From assembly GCA_041691135.1 (NCBI GenBank), contig JBEPVF010000006.1:1-64000 (forward strand): DNA of 64,000 bases. Reading direction: 5' to 3'. This DNA is from Candidatus Peribacteria bacterium. GTDB taxonomy: Bacteria > Patescibacteriota > Gracilibacteria > Peribacterales > Peribacteraceae. The notes beneath the pieces were generated by a model. The model saw only the letters and a program-made list of their open reading frames with translations, was not told where the DNA came from and ran no database searches. The position numbers and the translations under genes were made by a program. This document shows positions 31,567 to 41,334 of the stretch, piece after piece. Position 1 is the first letter of the stretch. Each line of letters begins with the position of its first letter.

Positions 31567-31609
31567 TTGCCAGTGTAGTCTTTCCGGGGCTACTATAGTT
31601 AGCGGTAAC
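31567..31609 (+). promoter_or_regulatory. Promoter with LacI-type operator, upstream of the inositol oxygenase
   Basis: TTGCCA-N18-TACTAT immediately followed by GTTAGCGGTAAC (31598-31609). Confidence 0.6.
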
Positions 31610-31646
31610 GCGAACCGCAGATGTTTCGCGCCGAGGGAAGGTTCTT

Positions 31647-32507
31647 ATGGCAACGACAGCAATCTCAACCGACGCCCCGCTGAAGGACATTGATGAGTGG
31701 GACGAATTTTTAACCGGGCGCTATCAGGAAGGCAAGAGCGAGGACGAGTTCCGTCAATATGATGAACATGCGACCCCCGGTGTCGCTGAGTTCTATCGCC
31801 TGAATCATCAGCACCAGAGCTTCGATTATGTGATGGCGAAGGAGAAGGAGTATTTCGGCCTGAACAAGGGCGAGAAGAGCATCTGGGAGGCAGCGGAGTT
31901 TCTGAACACGCTGATCGACGACAGCGATCCTGATACCGACCTGACCCAGATCGAGCACCTGCTGCAGACCTCGGAGGCGATCCGCAAGGATGGGCATCCG
32001 CGCTGGTTTGTGCTGACCGGCTTCATTCATGATCTGGGTAAGGTGCTGTGCCTGTGGGGCGAGCCGCAGTGGGGCGTGGTGGGCGATACGTTTCCGGTGG
32101 GCTGCGCTTATTCCGACCAGATCGTTTTTCCGCAATACTTCAAGGCGAATCCCGACATCAACAACGCGCTGTATCAGACCAAGTACGGCATCTACGAGCC
32201 GAACTGCGGGCTGAGCAAGGTGCATCTGTCATTTGGACACGACGGCTATATCGGCGAAGTGATGAAGAATTACATGCCCGAAGAGTCGCTGTACATGCTG
32301 CGCTATCACTCGTTCTACTCGGCCCACCGGCATGGCGCGTATCGCCACCTGATGAGCGACCACGATGTGAAGATGTTCGAGTGGGTCAACAAGTTCAACG
32401 TGTATGACCTCTATTCGAAGGGGCATACCAAGCCGGATTTGAAGGAGCTGAAGCCCTACTACGACGATCTGTTTGCCGAGTTCTTCCCGGCCAAGATCGC
32501 CTGGTAA
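31647..32507 (+). CDS. myo-Inositol oxygenase (MIOX, HD-type di-iron)
   Basis: DDSDPD, QIEHLLQT, HDLGK, PQWGVVGDTFPVGC, GHD, RYHSFY and DLYSK; the di-iron ligand motifs are present. Confidence 0.93.
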   Translation: MATTAISTDAPLKDIDEWDEFLTGRYQEGKSEDEFRQYDEHATPGVAEFYRLNHQHQSFDYVMAKEKEYFGLNKGEKSIWEAAEFLNTLIDDSDPDTDLTQIEHLLQTSEAIRKDGHPRWFVLTGFIHDLGKVLCLWGEPQWGVVGDTFPVGCAYSDQIVFPQYFKANPDINNALYQTKYGIYEPNCGLSKVHLSFGHDGYIGEVMKNYMPEESLYMLRYHSFYSAHRHGAYRHLMSDHDVKMFEWVNKFNVYDLYSKGHTKPDLKELKPYYDDLFAEFFPAKIAW

Positions 32508-32537
32508 CGGAGACTCTCCCAGGAGTTTTCACTGAGC

Positions 32538-32577
32538 AGCCCCGAGATTGCGAGAGCTTTTTCGGGGCTATTTTTTT
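32538..32577 (+). terminator. Hairpin/terminator after MIOX
   Basis: AGCCCCGAGA...TTTCGGGGCT followed by ATTTTTTT. Confidence 0.6.
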
Positions 32578-32606
32578 GATTGTGGTGGTGGGTGGTAAGT
32601 GCTCGA

Positions 32607-32740
32607 GGCTTAACACCGATTTGCACTGATGACACCGATCTGGAACGGCAACGGCAACTGCGAAATACAGGGGTCTCTCCACTGCGCTGCGCTCCGGTCG
32701 AGATGACGTGCGGTATTGGTGGTTCGGTCGAGACGACGTG
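32607..32740 (-). repeat. REP family A copy with AGGCTTAACACCGAT flank module
   Basis: Core 32661-32708. Confidence 0.88.
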
Positions 32741-32774
32741 ATTTTGAGATGGGGTTTTAAGAAAGGAAGAGGCG

Positions 32775-33542
32775 ATGTCGAAGCGTTTGGTTGGCGGTAC
32801 GGCGGGTGTGGCGGGGCGGAACATCTTTATCTCTCCGGGCAACAGCTCGATGCGGGAGATGAGCTATGGCAGGATTCGTCTGGGGGCAGATGAGCGCCGT
32901 GTGAGCTTTACCAACGACGGCCAGGAGACCGGGCTGGTGTGCCTGAGCGGTGCGGCGACGGTGACGGTGGGGGAGGAGCGCTTTGAGCTGCAGACCAGGG
33001 ATGCTCTCTATATCTCGAAGGGACTGCCGGTGACGGTGGAGACGGCTTCTGAGGTCGACCTGGTGGAGTGCTCGGCGGTGGTGGAGGGGGAGTACCCGGT
33101 GCAGTTCGTTCCTTATGCCAGCGTGCAGGCGGATGAGAAGCTGCACTTTGTCGCGGGCAATGAGAGCTCGAAGCGTGAGATCAATATCATGCTGGGAACG
33201 AATGTGAAGGCGGGACGGCTGGTGGTGGGGGTGACGAGTTCGCTGCCGGGCAACTGGACGAGCTGGCCTCCGCATGAACATGCGGCGATGCTTGAGGAGA
33301 TCTACGTGTTCTTCGATATGCCGGCGCCCGCGTTCGGTCTGCAACTGGTGTATACGGACGGGATCTCTGCCGCCGAGGTGGAGGTGGTGCGTGACGGGGA
33401 TGCGGTGCTGCTGCCGGAGGGCTATCACCCCAACGTGGCGATTCCGGGGAGCGAGTTGAATTTTGTTTGGATGATGGCGGCGCATCGCGAGGTGGTGGAC
33501 CGCCAGTGGGGCGTGGTGACGGTGGACGCTCGATTTGCCTGA
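32775..33542 (+). CDS. iolB: IolB/KduI family cupin isomerase (5-deoxy-glucuronate isomerase-like)
   Basis: GNWTSWPPHEH, LEEIY, GYHP and FVWMMA. Confidence 0.85.
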   Translation: MSKRLVGGTAGVAGRNIFISPGNSSMREMSYGRIRLGADERRVSFTNDGQETGLVCLSGAATVTVGEERFELQTRDALYISKGLPVTVETASEVDLVECSAVVEGEYPVQFVPYASVQADEKLHFVAGNESSKREINIMLGTNVKAGRLVVGVTSSLPGNWTSWPPHEHAAMLEEIYVFFDMPAPAFGLQLVYTDGISAAEVEVVRDGDAVLLPEGYHPNVAIPGSELNFVWMMAAHREVVDRQWGVVTVDARFA

Positions 33543-33787
33543 GTTGAGATAATGACCTAGTGAACTGAATCCGGTGATTGCGCATGTTTATTGCGGGATC
33601 ATGGACTGTTCACCGTAGATTCATCCAAAGACAGCATGATGGAGCTGTGTCTCTTTTGCTTCGACATGCTGGTCGTTGTAGTTTTCGCTAAAGGTCAACG
33701 ATGTTAGATATAAAATATATGATTCTAAAAGAGTTATATTGCTATTTCTGTATGCTTACGTTATCGGTGCCGTTAGCGGATTTTTGG

Positions 33788-33817
33788 TTGACAATGGTTC
33801 TCCCCGATGCGTAATGT
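33788..33817 (+). promoter_or_regulatory. Promoter of the TonB-dependent receptor
   Basis: TTGACA-N18-TAATGT; partial operator GTTAGCGG at 33772. Confidence 0.5.
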
Positions 33818-33921
33818 TCGTTGCGGTTGAACTACGGTAGCAAAGTTGTGAAGCGTAAACGCGGATGATGCCGCTGCGCTGATATCACCAGTGAAGTTTA
33901 TTTTTCGGGAAGGCAGGACAG

Positions 33922-36900
33922 ATGATGCAAAGCATGCAAAGAGTAAGACCGAATGATTCGGGCGATGGGTCGACGGGGACATGGGGATGGCTGCGGCTGG
34001 TGCTGGCAGTTCTTCTGCTGTTGCCGGCGCTGCAGTGCTATGGGCAGTTTGAGTCGGCTTCGGTGCTGGGCTATGTCAGGGACACGACGAGCGCCGCGAT
34101 TCCGAACAGCAAGGTGACGCTGACCAACGTGGCGACGGGCATTCAGCAGACGGCGACGACGGACGCCGAGGGACGCTATGAGTTTTCGAGCGTGCAGATC
34201 GGCTCGTACAAGGTCCTTGGCGAGGCGCAGGGCTTTCAGCAGACGCAGACGCAGGCCTTCACGGTGACGACCAATGCTCGCCAGCGCGTCGACCTTGCGC
34301 TGAAGGCCGGGTCGGTCGCAGAGACGGTGACGGTATCGGCGGCGCCGACGGCGCTTGAGACAGAGACCAGCTCGCGCGGCCAGGTGATTGGGGAGCGTGA
34401 GGTGGAGAATCTTCCGCTGAACGGCCGCTCCTATGCTGACCTTGTTCTGTTGGCTCCGGGCGTGCGCAAATCGACGCTTGAGAACCAGTCCGCATCGAGC
34501 CGCGAGGGCGCGTTCAACGTGAACGGCCAGCGCTCTGCGTTCAATAACTTCCTGCTCGATGGTTTGGACAACAACAACTACGGCACGTCGAACCAGGGAT
34601 TTGCGAATGAGAACATTCCGCCATCGCCTGATGCGGTGAGCGAGTTCCGGGTTGAGACCAGCAACTACTCGGCAGAGTATGGCCGCGCTTCGGGCGCCGT
34701 CATCAACGTGTCGACCCAGCGCGGCGCGAACAAGTTTCATGGCAAGGCTTATGACTATCTTCGCAACACGAACCTGAACGCGATTGGACCGTTTCAGCCG
34801 GCGGGTGGGATCAAGCAGACCTTCATTCGCAACCAGTTCGGCGGAACGTTCGGCGGGCCGATCAAAAAGGACCACACCTTCTTCTTCGTGGACTATGAAG
34901 GGCTGCGTCAGATCTTCCGCAACCAGGTGTCGACGGTGACGCTGCCGAACGCGGAGCAGCGCCAGGGCATCTTCCTGTTCCACTATAAAGACCCCTCGAT
35001 TGCGCCGACGCCGATTACGCTGCGCAACCCGATTACCGGTACGGTGTTTACGTCAGGAAACGTCTCGGCAGAGGCGACTCCGTTTGCCAAGGCTGTGCTT
35101 GCCGCGCTGCCGGGCAACAATGCCACGTCGGTTACGGGTGGCGGCCCCGGTGCGGTTGCTTATGACACCATCGCGAACAACTACATCGCTTCTCCGCGCG
35201 GCACGATTGAGGACAACAAGGGCGATGCGAGGATCGATGAGACCTTCAACCAGAAGTGGAGCATGTTTGCGCGCTACAGCGAGCATCGCGGGACCATCTT
35301 CGACCCGCCGACGGTGCTGGGCCGCGCCGGTGGCAATGGCAACTCGAACGTTCACCTGCTGAACCGCCAGATCGCAGGCGGCGCGACCTGGATTATTTCG
35401 CCTACGAAGCTGCTGGATATTCGTTTTGCTTATACGAAGAACCAGGGCGCGAAGACTCCGTATGGGCAGGGTGACGCTTCGCTGCTGACGGAAAACGGCA
35501 TCACCAATGGCGTTCCCACCGATAAGAGCATTGTGCGCGATCTGAATGCGCAGTCGGTGTCGGGCTTTACGCAGTTCGGTGCGCAGTCTTCCAGTCCGCA
35601 GTTTCAAAACCCCACGATCTACGATCCGAAGGCTAACTTCACCTGGGTTCGCGGTCGGCACTCGATGAAGTTCGGCTATGAGTACCAAGCGGTCAATACG
35701 CAGGTCAACGACTTCAACCCCAGCTATGGGCAGGACAACTACTCGGCTGGCTATGCGGCCGTCCCGGTCTGCAACGCTGCGGCCCCGGTTTCGCCTTGTG
35801 TGCCGTCGAAGCCGTCTGATCCGGCGCAGGGAAGCAGCGCTGTGGCAGCGCAGCTCTCGCAGGCGGCGAACCTTGCCGACTTTCTCTTCGGCAATCAGTC
35901 TTCGTACTCGTTGACGAACTACACCGTGGTGAACCTGCGGCAGCGGTTCAACTTTATGTATGTGCAGGACGACATCAAGGTTTCGCCGACGCTGACGGTC
36001 AATGCCGGTCTGCGGTACGAGATCGCGACTCCGCAGTGGGAGCGCGACAACAAGCTCGCGAACTTTGACCCGACAACGAATACGCTGATCCAGGCGAAGA
36101 ACGGCAGCATCTATGACCGCGCGCTGGTGCATGTTCCGATGAAGAACTGGGGACCGCGCTTTGGGTTTGCCTGGAGCGGAACACCGAAGACGGTTGTGCG
36201 TGGCGGCTACGGCATCAGCTATACGCAGTACAACCGCGCGGGCGGCGAAAATAACCTGACCTATAACGGACCGAACGTGGTCAATGCTTCGATCAACAAT
36301 CCAGCTCCGACTACCACCGACCGTTGCGCTAACGACACGCAAGACCAGACGGCTTGCTTCCGCCAGATGCAGCAGGGCTATGCGGTGGGGCTGACGAGTC
36401 CTTCCAACTTCGACCCGAAGAAGGTGACGTCGCGGTATATTCCGAAGAACTTTGCGACGGGTTATGTGCAGAGCTACTTCTTCGGCTTCCAGCGCGAGCT
36501 GCCGTGGGGAATGGTGATGGACATCTCCTATGTCGGCAACAAGGGCACCCACCTTCAGGTGCTCGCCGACTACAACCAGGCGACGCCTTGCCTCAATGCA
36601 GGAGGAGTGGGCTGCGCGACTTACCAGTCGCGCCGTCCGGTAACAACGTTTGGCGATATCGAGATCGCTTACGGCGGTAACTCCTCCAGCTATAACTCGC
36701 TGCAGGCCAAGCTGGAGAAGCGTGTCGGTGCGCTTTATCTGCTGAACTCGTTTACGTGGGGCCGCGCGTACGATCTGGCTTCGGGACATCTTGAGACCAG
36801 CAACGGCGACAACTCTCGCGTGAACTTTACAAATCCGCGCAACGACTATGGTCCGTCGGGCTATGACCAGCCGATCAACAATACGCTTTCGATTGTGTAT

Positions 36901-37461
36901 GACCTGCCGTATGGTCATGGACGCAAGTTCGGGGCGAACTCGAACTTCCTGATCAATGCGGTGCTCGGCGGATGGCAGACGACTCTCATCAATACGTCGA
37001 CAAGTGGTTTGCCTTTCAATTTGAACTACAACAGCTCAGCCAACAATCCGCTGTATACGTCAGATCTGGTGACTCTGCGTCCGCAGTTGACCATGGCGGG
37101 TGCGAAGATCAAGAACCCAACCTCGAAGCAGACCAAGACAGCCACAGCGCTGAAGGGGTATCTGGACGGAACTTATCTGGCGGTGCCATCGGTGGCATTG
37201 GGAAACACCAATGCGTATGGCAATATCTCGCGTAACAAGCTTCGTTCCTTTGCTTACTTCGATACAGACCTCGGTCTGCACAAGGCGTTCAACCTATGGA
37301 GCGACTCCTCCAAGCTGGACTTCCGCGCCGAGGCCTTCAACGTACTCAACCAGGTGGACTACCAGGCACCGGATGGCAATATCATCGACGGAGCTTTCGG
37401 TAGCATCACCAGCGCTTATCCTGCACGACAGCTTCAGCTTGCCGCGAAGATTATCTTCTAG
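33922..37461 (+). CDS. TonB-dependent receptor (Oar-like, carboxypeptidase-regulatory N-domain)
   Basis: LPLNGR, NGQR...FLLDG, RNQFGGTFGGP and FRAEAFNVLN...RQLQLAAKIIF. Confidence 0.93.
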   Translation: MMQSMQRVRPNDSGDGSTGTWGWLRLVLAVLLLLPALQCYGQFESASVLGYVRDTTSAAIPNSKVTLTNVATGIQQTATTDAEGRYEFSSVQIGSYKVLGEAQGFQQTQTQAFTVTTNARQRVDLALKAGSVAETVTVSAAPTALETETSSRGQVIGEREVENLPLNGRSYADLVLLAPGVRKSTLENQSASSREGAFNVNGQRSAFNNFLLDGLDNNNYGTSNQGFANENIPPSPDAVSEFRVETSNYSAEYGRASGAVINVSTQRGANKFHGKAYDYLRNTNLNAIGPFQPAGGIKQTFIRNQFGGTFGGPIKKDHTFFFVDYEGLRQIFRNQVSTVTLPNAEQRQGIFLFHYKDPSIAPTPITLRNPITGTVFTSGNVSAEATPFAKAVLAALPGNNATSVTGGGPGAVAYDTIANNYIASPRGTIEDNKGDARIDETFNQKWSMFARYSEHRGTIFDPPTVLGRAGGNGNSNVHLLNRQIAGGATWIISPTKLLDIRFAYTKNQGAKTPYGQGDASLLTENGITNGVPTDKSIVRDLNAQSVSGFTQFGAQSSSPQFQNPTIYDPKANFTWVRGRHSMKFGYEYQAVNTQVNDFNPSYGQDNYSAGYAAVPVCNAAAPVSPCVPSKPSDPAQGSSAVAAQLSQAANLADFLFGNQSSYSLTNYTVVNLRQRFNFMYVQDDIKVSPTLTVNAGLRYEIATPQWERDNKLANFDPTTNTLIQAKNGSIYDRALVHVPMKNWGPRFGFAWSGTPKTVVRGGYGISYTQYNRAGGENNLTYNGPNVVNASINNPAPTTTDRCANDTQDQTACFRQMQQGYAVGLTSPSNFDPKKVTSRYIPKNFATGYVQSYFFGFQRELPWGMVMDISYVGNKGTHLQVLADYNQATPCLNAGGVGCATYQSRRPVTTFGDIEIAYGGNSSSYNSLQAKLEKRVGALYLLNSFTWGRAYDLASGHLETSNGDNSRVNFTNPRNDYGPSGYDQPINNTLSIVYDLPYGHGRKFGANSNFLINAVLGGWQTTLINTSTSGLPFNLNYNSSANNPLYTSDLVTLRPQLTMAGAKIKNPTSKQTKTATALKGYLDGTYLAVPSVALGNTNAYGNISRNKLRSFAYFDTDLGLHKAFNLWSDSSKLDFRAEAFNVLNQVDYQAPDGNIIDGAFGSITSAYPARQLQLAAKIIF

Positions 37462-37488
37462 CTGCGAGTTATAAATCACTGGAAATAT

Positions 37489-37519
37489 CTGCGGCACCGT
37501 CTTCAGGGCGGTGCCGCAG
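37489..37519 (+). terminator. Intergenic stem-loop between the receptor and PI-PLC
   Basis: CTGCGGCACCG...CGGTGCCGCAG perfect 11-bp stem; weak T tract. Confidence 0.55.
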
Positions 37520-37556
37520 TTCATTGCAAAAAAAATCAGATTGAGTAGAGGCAGAT

Positions 37557-38714
37557 ATGACTGTGTATCAAGCAGCTCGCACTTGTTTTGCCATCGCTGC
37601 ATTTGCCATTGGTGGATTAGCGTTGGCGCAGCAGCCGACTGCTGCTGAACAGGATCAGCGGGTTCATGTCAATCAGATACAAGTGATTGGTTCGCACAAT
37701 AGCTACCATGAGGGGTTTCCGCCAAGCGCGAGGAAGCTGATGGAGAGGATGAGCCCGGAGGGATTGCATGGGCTCGATTATCATCACGCTCCGCTGGCCG
37801 ATCAGTTGTCGGGAGGCGTGCGGCAGATAGAGATTGACGTCTACGCCGACAGCAAGGGCGGCAGGTATGCGCATCCTGCGATTCTGGGTATGGTGGCGAA
37901 GGCTGGATTGCCCGCCGATCCGGAGTTCGATCCCGAGCATGTGATGGGCAAGCCGGGATTCAAGGTGCTGCATATGCAAGATATCGATGTGCGCAGCACC
38001 TGCATGACGCTTATCGCCTGTCTCACCGATGTTCGCGATTGGTCGAAGCAGCATCCTCAACATCTGCCGATTTTTATTTTGATTGAGACGAAGGAAGGTA
38101 AAGATCGTAATCTTCCGAATGCAGTGGTGCCGGAACCATTTACTGCTCCTGTATTCGATGCGCTGGATAAGGAGATTCGATCGATCTTCAAGACAGACGA
38201 GATGATTACGCCGGATGATGTGCGTGGCGATTCGGCGACGTTGGTGGAGGCTGTCCATGCCGGAAGATGGCCCACGCTGGCGCAGGCTCGCGGCAAGGTT
38301 ATTTTTCTGCTGGACCAGAGGCACGTCGAGCCGATTTATACGAAGGGACATCCCTCGCTGCGTGGGAGAGTGTTGTTTACCAATGCGCAACCGGGCGCTC
38401 CTGATGCGGCGTTCACGGAAGAGAACGATGGATCGCGTGAAGAGATTGATGCGCTGGTGAAGCAGGGCTATCTGGTGCGGACGCGGACTGATGAAAGTAC
38501 GGATCAGGCGCGCACGAACGATACGACGCGGCGCGACCTTGCGCTTTCGAGCGGTGCGCAGATGATTAGTACCGATTACCCGCCTTCAGAGCCTTCGCAG
38601 TGGACGAAGTATGTTGTTGAATTTCCGGATGGGCTGGTGGCTCGATGCAATCCGGTGACGAAGCCGGTTGGATGTGTGGATAAGCTTTTGGCTCCTTCTG
38701 TCAGTGCTCACTGA
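37557..38714 (+). CDS. Secreted phosphatidylinositol-specific phospholipase C-like phosphodiesterase
   Basis: Signal peptide; GSHNSYH, GVRQIEIDV, VLH.QDID, PIFILIETK and GAQMISTDY. Confidence 0.85.
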   Translation: MTVYQAARTCFAIAAFAIGGLALAQQPTAAEQDQRVHVNQIQVIGSHNSYHEGFPPSARKLMERMSPEGLHGLDYHHAPLADQLSGGVRQIEIDVYADSKGGRYAHPAILGMVAKAGLPADPEFDPEHVMGKPGFKVLHMQDIDVRSTCMTLIACLTDVRDWSKQHPQHLPIFILIETKEGKDRNLPNAVVPEPFTAPVFDALDKEIRSIFKTDEMITPDDVRGDSATLVEAVHAGRWPTLAQARGKVIFLLDQRHVEPIYTKGHPSLRGRVLFTNAQPGAPDAAFTEENDGSREEIDALVKQGYLVRTRTDESTDQARTNDTTRRDLALSSGAQMISTDYPPSEPSQWTKYVVEFPDGLVARCNPVTKPVGCVDKLLAPSVSAH

Positions 38715-38790
38715 CGGGAGGGGTGGCGTTTAATGGCGGTTATTTTGCAGTTGCCGGGCTCGAAAAGACAGGCAAAGGCAAGAACAGCGA

Positions 38791-39032
38791 CGAAATACAG
38801 GGGTCTCTCCACTGCGGCGGCAAAAGCGCCGCCTTCGGTCGAGATGACGTCTTTTGGGCTGGGTTGAGCTTGCTTCGGTCGAGATGACGTGCTTTCGGGT
38901 TGGGTTGAGCGTTTAGAGCCCTTGCTATGGCAGGTGCCGGGATAAAGCGAACAGGCAAAGGCAAGAACAACGACGAAATACAGGGGTCTCTCCACTGCGG
39001 CGGCAAAAGCGCCGCGTTCGGTCGAGATGACG
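38791..39032 (-). repeat. Two near-identical REP family A copies (local duplication)
   Basis: Cores 38791-38849 and 38974-39032 share flanks. Confidence 0.88.
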
Positions 39033-39084
39033 TCTGTATGGAGATTCGATTTAGAGCTTCTTAGGATGTTTAATTAGTATCCGG

Positions 39085-40584
39085 CTACTTCGAGAAGTTG
39101 AGGTAGATGGGATTTCCGACGATGAGAAGAGCGCCGCTTTGGGAGCGGACGTTGACTCGGAGCCAATGCCGCTTGCCGTCGCTTTGATAGTCGAAGTTCC
39201 TTGTCTCCTCGTTCTGGTTTGCGGCGGATGCATCGAGTAAGGTGGTTGGCTGGCCATCGACAATGATCTCTGCGTGGTCGCTGGCGAGGGCGGCCATCTT
39301 GAGGGTGAAGTGAATCTGTTGCCCGGCTGGAGATTGAACTTCGTCTCCCATCATTGCCATGCCTGTATCTGTCTTTGCAGTAAATTCGATGGCGCGGTCT
39401 TTTGATCCCTGCGCATCGACGAAGACGTGGCCTGCGCGGATGGCGTCGAGGATGGCGTTCTCGGATAAGTTCGCGGCATAGATCACGGTTGCAGGATGAC
39501 CGATGGCGGAGTAGGTTTGCGGTTTGAGATCGGCATCGTGGTTATCGCTGCCGCCCAATGCTGTTAGTCGAAATCCATTGTTGAGTTGCTGCTGCCAGAG
39601 TGGGATGCCAGAGTGCGGGCCGTCGGCCATGCCTCCATTGATTACTTCGATGGCTGTGACTCGGCTGAAGTCCGTGTTGGGAACTGTCCATCCGCAACCC
39701 ATGCACGACTCTCCTGAAGGGATGCCGGGATGATTGATGGAGAGGATGCCGTGCAGGCGCTGCACTTCGTCGAGCAGGTGATTGAAGTCAGGGACGTGCG
39801 GGCTGGTCAGACGGAAGTCGATGAAGTCTGTAGGGCCGTAGACGTTGGCGTGTCCCTGGAAGGTGGTGATCTCGCGGGCAGGTATCAGGAGCAGGTGATC
39901 GAAGTAAGGTTGCAGCTCGCGCATGTCGTTATATTGCGAGATGGTGTTGTGGTCGCTGATGGCGATGAAGTCGAGACCTCTTTCGGCTGCGGTCTCGACG
40001 GTCTTGTAGAGAGGGCAGGGAACTTTCTTGCCGGACTGGCTGAGGCATGAGCCGTCGCTGTGTGCGTCGTGCATGTGCAGATCGCCGCGATACCATGCGG
40101 GGCCGGGACGCAGAGGGGCCTGGCTGAAGGTGGAGGCGTCGGGCTTGTCGCCAGCGTGCGAGAAGTGAATTTTAGCTTCGTATTGAGAGCGAACACCTTC
40201 CCGGATGTTAGGAACGCCGAGTATCAGCTTCCATCTGCCGGGCACGATGGGGCCGGGAAGATACGACGGGGTGGAGTCGGTCGCTGATACCGTAAAGGTT
40301 GATTTATTGCCGCCGCTCCATCCGCGGAAGCGCTGGCTGTCGAACATGCCGAGGTCGATGCTGGTGTGCTTATCGCGTTCGGTATAAGAGAATTCCACGG
40401 TTACGCGGGTGACGCCTTTGGGCACTTCAAAGGGGACCTCGACGTAGCTCTGGTGATTGGCATAGGTGATTGTTCCGTGCAGATCGAGATCGGAGGATGG
40501 CTTCTGCGCGTGGCATGCTGGCGAGGTAAAGGCGGCGAGGAGGCAGACGAAGATTGCCGCGGTGCTGAAGGAGAACAATCTCAT
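39085..40584 (-). CDS. Secreted PHP-family (CehA/McbA-like) metallohydrolase
   Basis: WYRGDLHMHDAHSDG, ISDHN, INHP and GGSDNH; start set at MRLFS. Confidence 0.85.
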   Translation of the reverse strand: MRLFSFSTAAIFVCLLAAFTSPACHAQKPSSDLDLHGTITYANHQSYVEVPFEVPKGVTRVTVEFSYTERDKHTSIDLGMFDSQRFRGWSGGNKSTFTVSATDSTPSYLPGPIVPGRWKLILGVPNIREGVRSQYEAKIHFSHAGDKPDASTFSQAPLRPGPAWYRGDLHMHDAHSDGSCLSQSGKKVPCPLYKTVETAAERGLDFIAISDHNTISQYNDMRELQPYFDHLLLIPAREITTFQGHANVYGPTDFIDFRLTSPHVPDFNHLLDEVQRLHGILSINHPGIPSGESCMGCGWTVPNTDFSRVTAIEVINGGMADGPHSGIPLWQQQLNNGFRLTALGGSDNHDADLKPQTYSAIGHPATVIYAANLSENAILDAIRAGHVFVDAQGSKDRAIEFTAKTDTGMAMMGDEVQSPAGQQIHFTLKMAALASDHAEIIVDGQPTTLLDASAANQNEETRNFDYQSDGKRHWLRVNVRSQSGALLIVGNPIYLNFSK

Positions 40585-40673
40585 GGCAATCATTATGGCA
40601 GCATCGTGCTGGCGCTGTAATGAAGAAGGTATGACGATGATGTTTTGGAATTGAAAAAGGGCAACGACAACGG

Positions 40674-40734
40674 CGAAATACAGGGGTCTCTCCACTACCC
40701 CTTCGATTTCGCTCAGGGTCCGGTCGAGATGACG
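40674..40734 (-). repeat. REP family A copy
   Basis: Same insert type as the 9730 copy. Confidence 0.88.
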
Positions 40735-40755
40735 TTATTTTCGATGGAAGAGAGA

Positions 40756-41334
40756 TTACTTCCAGGCGCGGGACCACTTTGGTCCGGCGGTGTCTCCCGT
40801 GCGGAGGCGGGCGTCGATGCCTGCGGTCAATTCGATGAGCCTGCCGAAGAGCCAGATGAGATCGGAGAGCCGGTTGAGGTAGGCGATGATCTCGGGCTTT
40901 ACCTCTACGCCATTTTCTGCGAGTCGCACGGCGTTGCGCTCGGCGCGGCGGCACACGGTGCGAGCGACCTCGTAGGCGGCGGATTCGGTATGCGCGCCGG
41001 GAAGCGACCAGTCGGAGAGGATGCCCTCGGTTGCCTCGATCTGGTGGACGAGCTTTGTCAGCGTATCGACATCGTCGAGCGAGATGATGGGAGCGTTCTT
41101 CTGGTTTTCGGGAGGGGTGGCCAGAGCGCCTCCTACGCGGAAGAGTGTTCGCTGAATCTCTTCGGTCCAGTTGCAGATTTGCTGGTGATGGCAGATGCTG
41201 CGGGCAAAGCCGAGTACGCTGTTCAACTCATCGACTGAGCCGTATGCCTCGACGCGCAGGTCTGCTTTTGAGACGCGCACGCCGCCAGCTAATCCTGTTT
41301 GCCCGCGGTCTCCTTGGGTGGTTGCAATGCTCAT
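40756..41334 (-). CDS. ATP:cob(I)alamin adenosyltransferase (PduO-type)
   Basis: TTQGDRGQT, AYGSVDELNS, ARTVCRRAER and YLNRLSD. Confidence 0.92.
   Translation of the reverse strand: MSIATTQGDRGQTGLAGGVRVSKADLRVEAYGSVDELNSVLGFARSICHHQQICNWTEEIQRTLFRVGGALATPPENQKNAPIISLDDVDTLTKLVHQIEATEGILSDWSLPGAHTESAAYEVARTVCRRAERNAVRLAENGVEVKPEIIAYLNRLSDLIWLFGRLIELTAGIDARLRTGDTAGPKWSRAWK

Noticed and set aside
38675-38683. Perfect DnaA box TGTGGATAA
   Set aside because: Single copy inside a CDS, about 19 kb from the skew switch; not evidence for oriC.
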